A DNA stretch of 64,000 bases from the IMG/VR virus record IMGVR_UViG_3300047994_000374, positions 310,001 through 374,000 of that record. The stretch is one strand, 5' to 3'. The notes under the pieces were generated by a model, which saw only the letters and a list, made by a program, of their open reading frames with translations, did not search any database and was not told where the DNA came from. This document shows positions 38,276 to 47,604 of the stretch, one piece after another; the first letter of the stretch is position 1, and each line of letters opens with the position of its first letter. The translations under genes and the position numbers were made by a program.

Positions 38276-38995
38276 TTAAGCTACAATTAAAAACCTCGCC
38301 ATCTTACTTTTCCTTACATACGCCGCGAACTTTTTAATTTCTTTTGTATTATTCGTTGCCAATACGACTTCTTCAATTTTCTCCACATTCGCTTTTTCAA
38401 TATTTTCTGCAAATAGTCTCATGTAAGTAAATGAGCCCGATTGAATAATAAGATGCTCTACCTTCTTAATATCTGATGATTTTGTTAAATATTTAGCTAA
38501 CTCATATAAATATTTAGGTTTTTTTGTTGCAATAATAACATCTTTAAATTTTAATATATTTTGATTACCAATGCGCTTTAAATATAAATGAATATATTTT
38601 GCTTTACCTGAATGAATAATAAGATTTTCAAGAGCCTTTACACCCGCGCCTTTTACAAAACAAGCGAATTTATAAATATACTCCATTTTATTTGATTGAA
38701 TGACAATTTTTTGAAGTGCTTTTATATCACAATTTTGAATATCTTTAGCGAATAGAAAAGAATATTTAGGATTTTTAGATTTAATAATAATATTTTGCTG
38801 TAAGTAATTGTTATGATTAAAATTTTTAGCAAAAAAATAAGCCAGGGCAGGATCATTTAATTCAATGATCTTGTCTCCCAGCTTATGAATTGCCTCTTTA
38901 TTTTTTAGATTTAAATGAAGTTTATGGTCCTCCAGAAGTTTATTCCATTGAACCGCCTCATCTGAATAATCTATATTATCAAAAATATCATCCAC
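38276..38995 (-). CDS. helical-repeat hypothetical protein
   Basis: recurring units II.S...Y...FA..(I/V). Confidence 0.65.
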   Translation of the reverse strand: MDDIFDNIDYSDEAVQWNKLLEDHKLHLNLKNKEAIHKLGDKIIELNDPALAYFFAKNFNHNNYLQQNIIIKSKNPKYSFLFAKDIQNCDIKALQKIVIQSNKMEYIYKFACFVKGAGVKALENLIIHSGKAKYIHLYLKRIGNQNILKFKDVIIATKKPKYLYELAKYLTKSSDIKKVEHLIIQSGSFTYMRLFAENIEKANVEKIEEVVLATNNTKEIKKFAAYVRKSKMARFLIVA

Positions 38996-39013
38996 ATTAA
39001 ACTATATATCGGC

Positions 39014-39058
39014 AAATAAAAAGCCGACCAAGAAACTTAGAATAACTTGGTCGGCTTT
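39014..39058 (-). terminator. intrinsic terminator after hsp20
   Basis: 13-bp stem AAAGCCGACCAAG/CTTGGTCGGCTTT followed by a T-rich tract on the minus strand. Confidence 0.75.
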
Positions 39059-39082
39059 CCCAAAATCTAATTTGAATAGATA

Positions 39083-39526
39083 TTAGGTTGGTTTAATTGA
39101 TATTTTCTTAACCTCTTTAACTGGCTCTGGTTTTACCGGCACTGTTAAAGTTAAAACCCCATCCTTAAGTGATGCTGATATATTTTCAGTATCGTGTCCA
39201 TCTGGTATTGTAAATGATTTAAAAATTGAATATGAAGATGTTTCTGTTTTTCTTTGACCTTTTACAGTTAATTGATTTTCTTGTAATTCAATTGAAATAT
39301 CTTCCTCTTTAACCCCAGGAACATCAAAAGCAATTGAAAGATCCCCTTTTTCATTCTTTTTATGCTCAATACCTAATTTTGGAATAACGGGTTGAAACAT
39401 ATCGTTTGAAAAGGCTTCAATTAAATCATCGAACACATTATGAACATATTCGCGATTTGAAAGCTTACGGTCATTCTTTACAACAGGTAATGATGATACT
39501 ACTGGTGAATTCCAAATTTTTAACAT
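39083..39526 (-). CDS. Hsp20/alpha-crystallin small heat shock protein
   Basis: FDVPGVKEEDISIEL...LTVKG...ASLKDGVLTLTVP. Confidence 0.92.
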   Translation of the reverse strand: MLKIWNSPVVSSLPVVKNDRKLSNREYVHNVFDDLIEAFSNDMFQPVIPKLGIEHKKNEKGDLSIAFDVPGVKEEDISIELQENQLTVKGQRKTETSSYSIFKSFTIPDGHDTENISASLKDGVLTLTVPVKPEPVKEVKKISIKPT

Positions 39527-39638
39527 TGTATTTCTCCTTTTGTTTTTATAATGTTATCGACCTTTGGAGTGGTCATTTTTGACATATTAAGCATCATGTT
39601 TATTATGTCAAGCTTTCTAAGAATATATATCAAAAATT

Positions 39639-40862
39639 TCACAGAATTTCTAAAATTTTTTCTAAAAAGTGATCGTGCCAATCATTATCTTTTTTAGCCT
39701 TATTTATGTAATCTAACATCGAATCTGCCTTATTTCCATACATCTGAAAAAACGGGGCAGCCCAAAAATCAGGATATTCTTGTACAAGTAAAGCAAAAGT
39801 TTTTTTATCGCCTGGGTTTTTAGCCTCCGCCTTATCTTTCAAGAACTTATAGGTAATGTCATATATTTTTATAGTATCTGATAGTTTTTCTTTAATTTTT
39901 AAAATCTCATCAGAAATTTCTTTAGCTAATACAGTCATTGCATCATCTTCTTGACCATTTAATATTAATCGAAGCATATTTCTTGGAGACCGAGCAACAC
40001 CATCACAAAGTTTATGCAGCATCACATATTCTGAACTTTTAATTTTTACTCTATTAAAATTCGAATCGCAAACTACTACGCCTTCATAATTCTTACCGGG
40101 CCGCGAGTTAACATAGTCAATCGTTTCTTCAAGATTCGACAAAGAGTAATTTTTAACTTTTGGAAATGGAGCGCAAATAGAATGGTCCAAATGAACTTCT
40201 TCGAGAGTTCGTAAATCCCTTGCCCCTAATAAAGTGATTCGATTTTCATTATACTCACAAACAACTTTATTCCATGGACCATTTAACTCAAAACAATAAG
40301 TATAAGATGGATCTAAAAGATTCGTAAATTCATTAAAATCAATACTTAATGTTTCTAAAACTGCTTTTTCAAATAATGTGCGGAATGTAAATTTGCCATT
40401 GTCCATTAAAATATTAGCATCTGGCACGGAACGAGTTGCTACACACCATACAGATTCAATTGGAGAATAATGCACGATGCAAAGCGACCCATCTAATTTT
40501 TCAAATATTTTTAATTTAGGATCGTTCCAATTGATATTTGCCGCTTCTTTTTGTCCTTCATTAAAAAAACGAAAAAATGGACAAGCTACAATAATTGTAT
40601 CACCAGGGCACACATCATCATAATTCGCCTTATCTTTTACTTCATCAATTTCTGCCTCACATACAAGAGGGCGAAAATCAGATGGAGCTAAAATTAAACC
40701 GCGGCACTGTTGGGATAACACATCATCCTCTTTTGAATTAATCATATTGTAATTCAAAGAAAACTTATGTCCAGAACCAGAAAATGAAGCTTCGACGCCA
40801 TGTTCTCGTTCTAATTCAGCAAAAGTATGTGTCTTTAAATATTCTTGAACTAATAGTAACAT
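39639..40862 (-). CDS. T4 Rnl1-like RNA ligase
   Basis: CRGLIL, FFRFFN, EKLDGS, FEL, EGVVV, VKIKS. Confidence 0.88.
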   Translation of the reverse strand: MLLLVQEYLKTHTFAELEREHGVEASFSGSGHKFSLNYNMINSKEDDVLSQQCRGLILAPSDFRPLVCEAEIDEVKDKANYDDVCPGDTIIVACPFFRFFNEGQKEAANINWNDPKLKIFEKLDGSLCIVHYSPIESVWCVATRSVPDANILMDNGKFTFRTLFEKAVLETLSIDFNEFTNLLDPSYTYCFELNGPWNKVVCEYNENRITLLGARDLRTLEEVHLDHSICAPFPKVKNYSLSNLEETIDYVNSRPGKNYEGVVVCDSNFNRVKIKSSEYVMLHKLCDGVARSPRNMLRLILNGQEDDAMTVLAKEISDEILKIKEKLSDTIKIYDITYKFLKDKAEAKNPGDKKTFALLVQEYPDFWAAPFFQMYGNKADSMLDYINKAKKDNDWHDHFLEKILEIL

Positions 40863-41075
40863 TTAATTTTTATTAAAATCCTCAGAGACTTCATTAAGAA
40901 CTTTTTCCGCTTCTTGTTTATCAGCCACTAATACAGAACAGACCAGCGCTGCCATACAATTAATTTCTAATTTTAGATCATCTCCGGACTTGATTAGCAA
41001 GTGATAATTGAAAAAAGTTTTATCTGAAGGTTGATATCTACTTAAAAGCCAAATTTGATGGTGAGCTTCAGTCAT
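40863..41075 (-). CDS. hypothetical protein
   Basis: 70-aa ORF. Confidence 0.55.
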   Translation of the reverse strand: MTEAHHQIWLLSRYQPSDKTFFNYHLLIKSGDDLKLEINCMAALVCSVLVADKQEAEKVLNEVSEDFNKN

Positions 41076-41503
41076 TTGCCAATCTTTCTCGGATTTTTTG
41101 GTGTTGGGTAAAGAATTTCTTTAGCTTTTTCTCCAGCACTATGAAGAAGACTATCTAAACCTTTTTTGAAAAGGTCTGCATCAAAAGTGCCGTTTTCTAA
41201 TTTGGATTGAAAATCTAGCAATGAGCTTTGAATATCTTTCATAGTTGCTCCAGCGGGAACAGAAATAACTTCTTTTTTAGACAAACCTTCTGGCTGCGCT
41301 CCATTTTTTAACAATTGTATTTTACCGGATATTTGATCGTTAAGCATCTTGGTCATCGCCGCCCCTAAAACCTGAAGTTCTTGGATCGATATGTCGTTTA
41401 ATTCTTGGTTATCAAGAGTATATCCAATCTCTTCTTCGAAGTGTGAAAGAAGATCTTTTCCTGCATCCGATAAAAGCCCATTACCTTCAAAATATTTACT
41501 CAT
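41072..41503 (-). CDS. hypothetical protein
   Basis: 143-aa ORF. Confidence 0.6.
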   Translation of the reverse strand: MSKYFEGNGLLSDAGKDLLSHFEEEIGYTLDNQELNDISIQELQVLGAAMTKMLNDQISGKIQLLKNGAQPEGLSKKEVISVPAGATMKDIQSSLLDFQSKLENGTFDADLFKKGLDSLLHSAGEKAKEILYPTPKNPRKIGK

Positions 41504-41746
41504 TTAATTTCCCTTGGTGTGCAGCATGCTCATAAATAAAACGACGCTGGCAATCGTAGTTGCCCAACTTACGGACATTCCCGAGATTGTCAAGCATACA
41601 TTTTTACTTTCAGGCAAATAACTGGATAAAACATAAGTGATGCCAATCCAGCCACCAATGCCCAGAAATATTTTCCAAATCCATCCTGCGATTAAAAGAA
41701 GCCACAGGACACAAATAATTCCCAACAATAAAATTCCGAAGAACAT
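41504..41746 (-). CDS. small membrane protein
   Basis: 2-3 hydrophobic segments; GAGG RBS. Confidence 0.65.
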   Translation of the reverse strand: MFFGILLLGIICVLWLLLIAGWIWKIFLGIGGWIGITYVLSSYLPESKNVCLTISGMSVSWATTIASVVLFMSMLHTKGN

Positions 41747-41790
41747 GTTATCACCTCAATGTTGTTAGATGATAATTAGTAAATGGGAAG

Positions 41791-42732
41791 TTAAAAATCT
41801 GACTCCGGATTTCCGACCCTAAATAGAGGGAATCCAGCAGAATAAAGCCATTTTACAATTTGAAGTCGATCATCAAACCACCCTGACACATAATAATTAT
41901 TTTTAATATGATTATTATATATTTCCTCTTTAATCAATACATCTTGACGTCTATCTGCCGTAGGACGCATATAAAGTTCATATTTAATGTTTGGAAAATG
42001 TTTTTTATAAAATAATTCAGTTGGCACGCGGTCTTTTTCTTCTCGACCCGAAACAAATAAAATTTTATAACCAGCCTCATGATATAATTTCATGCATTCA
42101 ATAACGTGATCATGAGTATAGTCAAGATTGCAGGTGCTTGCATCATATGGATTTCTATCTTTATGAACTAAAGAAATAGTTCCATCATTGTCAAAAATAA
42201 CGGCTTTTGGTAAAGATTTGTCCTGAATTATTGGTTTCCAATCTCGATCGTCGGTCATTTTACTGCCAATAAAAGTTTCCGTTCTTGGTTCGCGATTTTT
42301 AAAACTTTCTTTACCCGATTTATTCCACCATGTGCGAACAACCTTTTCTCCTACACAAGCTTTTCCTGAGCGCCCGCTATCTCTTATGATTGCCGTCTCA
42401 AGATCAACATAAAACAATTTCTCTTCCACAATCACATCTTTATTGGATGCTTTTGCTATTTTTGTAATATCTTTCCAGTGTTGGGCGCCTATATTCAAAT
42501 TATCGACAATAACATTCTTATTATTTCGCAACGCTTCCGCAATAACAAACTTGCGCGTGTTGACGATGATCTTTTCGTAATCTTTACTCCAAATTGAGCC
42601 GTTAAAAGAATTTCTAAGATCATCATTATTGACCCGAACAATATCATTAGGGGATTTTGCTATTTCTTGTTTTGTCCAAAAACTTTTACCACTGCCAGGT
42701 ATCCCGACACAGATCGTAATTTTTAATGTCAT
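41791..42732 (-). CDS. pseT: polynucleotide 5'-kinase/3'-phosphatase (T4 PseT-like)
   Basis: GIPGSGKS; DNDGT, SGR, FDDR HAD motifs. Confidence 0.92.
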   Translation of the reverse strand: MTLKITICVGIPGSGKSFWTKQEIAKSPNDIVRVNNDDLRNSFNGSIWSKDYEKIIVNTRKFVIAEALRNNKNVIVDNLNIGAQHWKDITKIAKASNKDVIVEEKLFYVDLETAIIRDSGRSGKACVGEKVVRTWWNKSGKESFKNREPRTETFIGSKMTDDRDWKPIIQDKSLPKAVIFDNDGTISLVHKDRNPYDASTCNLDYTHDHVIECMKLYHEAGYKILFVSGREEKDRVPTELFYKKHFPNIKYELYMRPTADRRQDVLIKEEIYNNHIKNNYYVSGWFDDRLQIVKWLYSAGFPLFRVGNPESDF

Positions 42733-42739
42733 AATTTCC

Positions 42740-43249
42740 TTAACTAAAATTTAGAATTCTCAACAAACTATCTGGCATATTCTTTTTTGTCACATCATCA
42801 AGATCTACGTTTTGAAAATAACGAACAAGTTCTTCTTTAATTTTTGTTTTGACTTCTTGCGAAAAATTATTTTTATTTAAAACTTCTTCATAATTAAAGA
42901 AATCCATAGGCTCTGTATGATATATATTACTATAAATGAATAACGAAATTAGAGAAGGAATGGTTGAAATGCCTTCAGCCTCATATTCTTTACACTCTTC
43001 ACAATTCAAATCGTCATAGTAAATGCTAACACAAGCCATTGAATGATCTCCGTAATGCTGCACCTCAAATGATATGGCATTAGCAATTGAATTCACGCTC
43101 GGACTTGATAAATACTTAAATCCATTAGCGCCAGTCATTAATTTCAGATCGTCGTATTTTTCAAGCCATTCTTTCATGTGCTTGGTTTTATGACATTCTT
43201 GAGCAATATATTTTTTAGTTTCGTCATTCATCTTGACAAATCTAATCAT
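42740..43249 (-). CDS. hypothetical protein with tag-like C-terminus
   Basis: ends LLRILNFS. Confidence 0.6.
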   Translation of the reverse strand: MIRFVKMNDETKKYIAQECHKTKHMKEWLEKYDDLKLMTGANGFKYLSSPSVNSIANAISFEVQHYGDHSMACVSIYYDDLNCEECKEYEAEGISTIPSLISLFIYSNIYHTEPMDFFNYEEVLNKNNFSQEVKTKIKEELVRYFQNVDLDDVTKKNMPDSLLRILNFS

Positions 43250-43267
43250 TATTATTTAAGTCGTCAA

Positions 43268-44371
43268 TTATTTTTTAGCGTTAATTTCATTACTTAATTC
43301 GGTAAATAAATCTAAAAATACCTTGCAAGAATATAGTTGATGCTTTTTAATAATTTCGAAATCAAAACTATTCATGAGCCCTAACATCTGCATTTCAAGA
43401 TCAATTTTGTACTTTTTAAAAAAGTAACATAAATTTTCTAAATATTTAAAATTTTTAGACTTGTTGTCAATTGTTTTCTGTTTTGCATAGTGACAAGCGC
43501 TAATAACAAAAATTAATCGTTCGGTAGCAATAAGTTCTTCAAAATCAATCGTCCCCATTCGTTTTTCAATGAGCGTATGGATAACTGGCTCAAAGCGCCT
43601 ATAATATTCAAACCAACTTCGAAATCGAGTTCCAGCATCCATTCCAACATAACCAGCAATAATATGAGTAATTGAGTCAAGATCAACAACTTTAAAATCT
43701 TTAGCTTTGTCTAATGCTCTACTTGCCAAACTCCATCCCCGAGGACTAGGTTGCGCATAACTTTCGTCTTTCGTCTTACTAGAACATAATTCGGGGTTCG
43801 ATCTTAAAAATCCCATGATGAGATCGTTAATTTTATTACTTCTGCCCCATTCACACCAACGATTGAAATCGAAATCAATAATATATTTTGCACCTCTATC
43901 AAGAAGGGCAGAGCTGATTTGATTGGAGTATGTTCGTTCTTCAGGTAGGTTTCCAGTTAAAACACAGGCTACTGCGTTGATTGGCTGTCCGTTGATAGTT
44001 TTGTAGAGTAGAATCTCTAATAGTGGTGCAAGTGTATCGGGCGAAGCTTTATCGACTTCATCAAATAAAATAACCGTATCTGCCTTACCTTTGAGCTTTG
44101 GTAGGAAATGTGGCGATTTAAATTCAATCGTGTCCCCAGGAGAGTTAATATTCGGAAAACCTTGGAGATCCTGCCTCTCCACAACAGAAAGGTTGAGATA
44201 ACTAACTTTGTATCCGCATTCTTTGATAGCTTGAATTGAAATATCTGTTTTACCTACGCCGCGTTTTGAAAACAAAAAGACATTCTGATTGGCATTAATA
44301 AAAAACTTGACAAGATTTAAAGCTTCCTCTTGGTCAATTTTTGGTAGGTTAAGTAAAGAATTATCCGACAT
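43268..44371 (-). CDS. MoxR-like AAA ATPase, paralog of 52926-54077
   Basis: RGVGKT, LFDEVDKA, TGN, LLDR, PSPRGW. Confidence 0.85.
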   Translation of the reverse strand: MSDNSLLNLPKIDQEEALNLVKFFINANQNVFLFSKRGVGKTDISIQAIKECGYKVSYLNLSVVERQDLQGFPNINSPGDTIEFKSPHFLPKLKGKADTVILFDEVDKASPDTLAPLLEILLYKTINGQPINAVACVLTGNLPEERTYSNQISSALLDRGAKYIIDFDFNRWCEWGRSNKINDLIMGFLRSNPELCSSKTKDESYAQPSPRGWSLASRALDKAKDFKVVDLDSITHIIAGYVGMDAGTRFRSWFEYYRRFEPVIHTLIEKRMGTIDFEELIATERLIFVISACHYAKQKTIDNKSKNFKYLENLCYFFKKYKIDLEMQMLGLMNSFDFEIIKKHQLYSCKVFLDLFTELSNEINAKK

Positions 44372-44406
44372 TACAAATACTATATATCGGTAAAACTTAC
44401 TTTATT

Positions 44407-45507
44407 TCATAAATCGCCAGCCAATGACTTCTCAACGATCTCAGCGCAAAGTTTATCTAGTTCTTTAATGTTAGGTTGGTTAGGAAGAGTTGAAGTTTCA
44501 TAAGCCCCTTTAACTTCTTTTTCGAGGGAATCCGCATAATCAATTAGCTTTTCATAAGACCAAGCACCATTTTTAATAGACAGCAGCTCCTCGGCATCAT
44601 CCCTCATAACATTTAGTTTTCCAGTTTCTAAAACTTCCTTGCCCATTCTCAAAAGTCTGCATAGGTGACTCGCATGCTTTAAATCATAGCCATGTTTTTC
44701 TTCTAATGCTGCTCGCTTCGGATTTCTATTTTTCTTCCATGATTGATAAGATTTATAGTCTTCAATTTTATTCTCAAGCTCTTTTTCTTTTTTAATGATT
44801 TGAATTAAATTATCATTCAGCCCAATCGTTCGAGCAGCTGCATTCCACTTTTCATCTCGCGTAATAGCCAGTTCGGAAAGAATATCGGAAACCCTGTCTT
44901 CCAAATAAATTTTCTGACTTTCAGTAAATGGTTCAAAAACAGGATTCCAAGTTTCCATTTTCTTATTAATGAGACTTTTGATTGCATCATACTGATTTTT
45001 ATCAATCAAAGGTTTCTCCCCCATGCCTAAGCTTGCACGAGTGGGAGCTACTTCTAATTTTTGATCTAACCAGCGTTTATGGTTGATCAAACGATGAGCT
45101 TGAGCCTTACTATAGCCCATGTATCTTTCTTTTAACTGTTTTGAAATAAACAGCTCTCGATTATCCAGAAGCAATTGACCAAGCTTTGTAATTTTTAAAT
45201 GGTATTGTAGTTCTGTGAAAAGTATTTCAAGTGCATTAGGGTTTCCAGCTGAAGCCAATGAAAAGAACTTCATAATATTGAAAATAGTACAATCCGGATC
45301 ATTCGTAATGAATTGTTCGAATTTTTTGTTGAATCCATGCAAATATTGATTGGGAACAGTACAAATTCCACGAACATCAACATCTGATTCAGGAGTGCTC
45401 AGTCCATATGCGTGAGAGCCATGAATCGTCAAGAAGATGGTATGTTTGGGCAGCCACTCAAGGTCTTTATTTAAATCTGAAAATAATGAATTAGGATCAA
45501 TTAACAT
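44407..45507 (-). CDS. Pol-beta superfamily nucleotidyltransferase (YcgL/NrdC.11-like)
   Basis: HGSHAYGLSTPESDVDVRG, NPNALE, GYDLKHASHLCRL. Confidence 0.85.
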   Translation of the reverse strand: MLIDPNSLFSDLNKDLEWLPKHTIFLTIHGSHAYGLSTPESDVDVRGICTVPNQYLHGFNKKFEQFITNDPDCTIFNIMKFFSLASAGNPNALEILFTELQYHLKITKLGQLLLDNRELFISKQLKERYMGYSKAQAHRLINHKRWLDQKLEVAPTRASLGMGEKPLIDKNQYDAIKSLINKKMETWNPVFEPFTESQKIYLEDRVSDILSELAITRDEKWNAAARTIGLNDNLIQIIKKEKELENKIEDYKSYQSWKKNRNPKRAALEEKHGYDLKHASHLCRLLRMGKEVLETGKLNVMRDDAEELLSIKNGAWSYEKLIDYADSLEKEVKGAYETSTLPNQPNIKELDKLCAEIVEKSLAGDL

Positions 45508-45516
45508 GAATTTACC

Positions 45517-45840
45517 TCAAAAAGAAACCGATTTACCGCATCCGCAAGTAGATTTCGCGGCAGGTATATTAAATTTAAATCCAGATGAAATCATACTGTC
45601 AAAGTAATCAATGACAGTTCCCTCAAGATACTGAAGGGAAATGGGATCGCAAATTATTTTAATGCCATCTTGTTCAATAACTTCGTCAGTATCTCTAATG
45701 TTCGTTTCAAATGACATATCCTGGGAAAAACCAGCACATCCATTTCCAATTAACTTTACTCGAACGGATTTATTTTCAATACCCTCCGATTCAGCAATTT
45801 CATTTAATTTTGCTATAGCTTTTTCTGTTAAAGTAATCAC
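45517..45840 (-). CDS. A-type Fe-S cluster carrier (IscA/ErpA/HesB family)
   Basis: GCAGF, IDY...GFKF, TCGCGKS. Confidence 0.92.
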   Translation of the reverse strand: MITLTEKAIAKLNEIAESEGIENKSVRVKLIGNGCAGFSQDMSFETNIRDTDEVIEQDGIKIICDPISLQYLEGTVIDYFDSMISSGFKFNIPAAKSTCGCGKSVSF

Positions 45841-46166
45841 GCGAATGCCTTTAATTTTAATAATTTTTCAATTATATTTTTGTTGGTGTCGTAATCTTTT
45901 CCCGGAATCATAAAACCTATACTTATCAATAGATTGGGCTCATAATCAAAAGAAGTTATAATTGAAAGCCTTGTGTAACCTGTAGCTTCTAAAGCATTAG
46001 AACCCCATAAAATATACTCTTCATTTCCAATTGTAATATGAAAAGTATAACCATTATTGATCTCATCATACCAATTTGATTGACAATTATCACACACCCT
46101 TACTTTGTCAAACGAAAACGAATTTCCTCTTCTAACATCATCTTTATCACAAGCAGGGCAGTTCAT
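45837..46166 (-). CDS. small Cys-ribbon protein, C-terminal tag family
   Basis: CPAC...CDNC; ends KLLKLKAFA. Confidence 0.65.
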   Translation of the reverse strand: MNCPACDKDDVRRGNSFSFDKVRVCDNCQSNWYDEINNGYTFHITIGNEEYILWGSNALEATGYTRLSIITSFDYEPNLLISIGFMIPGKDYDTNKNIIEKLLKLKAFA

Positions 46167-46453
46167 ATGAATGCCTGCAAGCTTAATAATCTATCAATCA
46201 ATTTAATATTTTCTTCGTATGTTTCGCCAGGATTTACATAATAATTGAGCGATAAGTTTATTTTATCTTCACTTTCAATTAAAACCCAACATTGTAAAAA
46301 TGTTATTCCGCCATCTCTACTCTTGCTTGCACTTATAGTTTGAATTCCGTTAGCTACTTTTAATGTCAAGTTGTAAGAAGCATAATTAGCTCCATGTCGA
46401 AATATATATGAGTAGCATTTTTTACATTGAAATCCATTAAGCAAAACATCCAT
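46163..46453 (-). CDS. small protein, C-terminal tag family
   Basis: CKKC; ends RLLSLQAFI. Confidence 0.6.
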   Translation of the reverse strand: MDVLLNGFQCKKCYSYIFRHGANYASYNLTLKVANGIQTISASKSRDGGITFLQCWVLIESEDKINLSLNYYVNPGETYEENIKLIDRLLSLQAFI

Positions 46454-46485
46454 TTCATTTTAATCAATACATGCTGGACACAACA

Positions 46486-47604
46486 TCATTCACCAAATCT
46501 TACAACATCTTCATCATTGACACCAGCGGAAGTAAAAGCTATTGGTGTATTGCAATATCTTTCAACATACTTTAGGAAAGGTTTGATTTCTTCTTTATTC
46601 ATGCCGTCATTCCACCCAAGTAAATCAATATATCCTGGTTCAATTTCTTCAAAATCTCCAGCTGAATTTACTTCTTTGTTATAAGAATTGCATACACGAA
46701 TAAATTTATTGCCATTCATGATATCAAGCTTGGACATGAGGATATGCGTAATTCCAGATTTTTTAATACCGTATTTGGACATAGGGAGATCTAAATAACC
46801 AATTCTTCGATCACGGCCGGTCGTCGCACCCTTCTCGCCGCCCGCTAATTGTAATGCAGAAGCTTCCTCTCCATGTATCTCTGTGATCATCTTTCCATTA
46901 CCGCTCTTGGTTAGGTAGGGCTTTCCTGCGCCATAAACCCTGTCTAAATCAACGAAATGAAATCCAGATGAATAGATACCTGAAACCGTACAATCGCTAC
47001 TGGTGACGAAAGGATAGTCAATACCGACTGATACATCAATTGCTGACCCTTGAGAACCTTCAAACACCAAATTACTTTTTTCAAATTCTTCTTGCATTTT
47101 TAGAACTGGAATGAACTGAACACCAAGTTCTTTTAACTTTTCAATTACAGTAGCCTTATCTCGAATCAAATGGTAAAGACGAGTTCCAGTTCGACCAAAT
47201 TTACTAATAGCAGCAGGTCCAACGCCCTTATTTGTTGATCCAATGTGTTTATTTTTTTCTTTATCTTCTGCAATATGTGCTTCGGTAATAACAAATGCAT
47301 CAGGGTCTACGATAATTGTTTTACCAACTCCAGGAAAATCTTTTGAGAATCCAAGAATCTCTTCCAAAAGTTCGTCAGGGTTAATATACATTCCATGCCC
47401 CAAATAAGACTTGATATTAGGGTTTCGATAATCAGCACTGGGTAAAATATGATGCGTATATTTCTTTCCATCGCGCCAAATCACATGACCACAATTTCCA
47501 GCACCACTCGTTCGAATGACATAATCAGCATCCTTCGAAAAATAATGCGCCCAACGACCTTTTCCATTATCGCCCATTAAAAAATCAAGAACTGCAATTT
47601 TCAT
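46486..47604 (-). CDS. purA: adenylosuccinate synthetase (divergent PurA)
   Basis: GDNGKG, NCGH, GSTNKGVGPA, FEGSQG, YPFVTSS, GATTGRDRR, KLD. Confidence 0.85.
   Translation of the reverse strand: MKIAVLDFLMGDNGKGRWAHYFSKDADYVIRTSGAGNCGHVIWRDGKKYTHHILPSADYRNPNIKSYLGHGMYINPDELLEEILGFSKDFPGVGKTIIVDPDAFVITEAHIAEDKEKNKHIGSTNKGVGPAAISKFGRTGTRLYHLIRDKATVIEKLKELGVQFIPVLKMQEEFEKSNLVFEGSQGSAIDVSVGIDYPFVTSSDCTVSGIYSSGFHFVDLDRVYGAGKPYLTKSGNGKMITEIHGEEASALQLAGGEKGATTGRDRRIGYLDLPMSKYGIKKSGITHILMSKLDIMNGNKFIRVCNSYNKEVNSAGDFEEIEPGYIDLLGWNDGMNKEEIKPFLKYVERYCNTPIAFTSAGVNDEDVVRFGE

Noticed and set aside
46486-47604. PurZ (2-aminoadenine, Z-genome)
   Set aside because: The protein retains the catalytic Asp (GDNGKG rather than GSxGKG) and the PurA-type GATTGR loop; no DatZ/MazZ neighbours were recognised.
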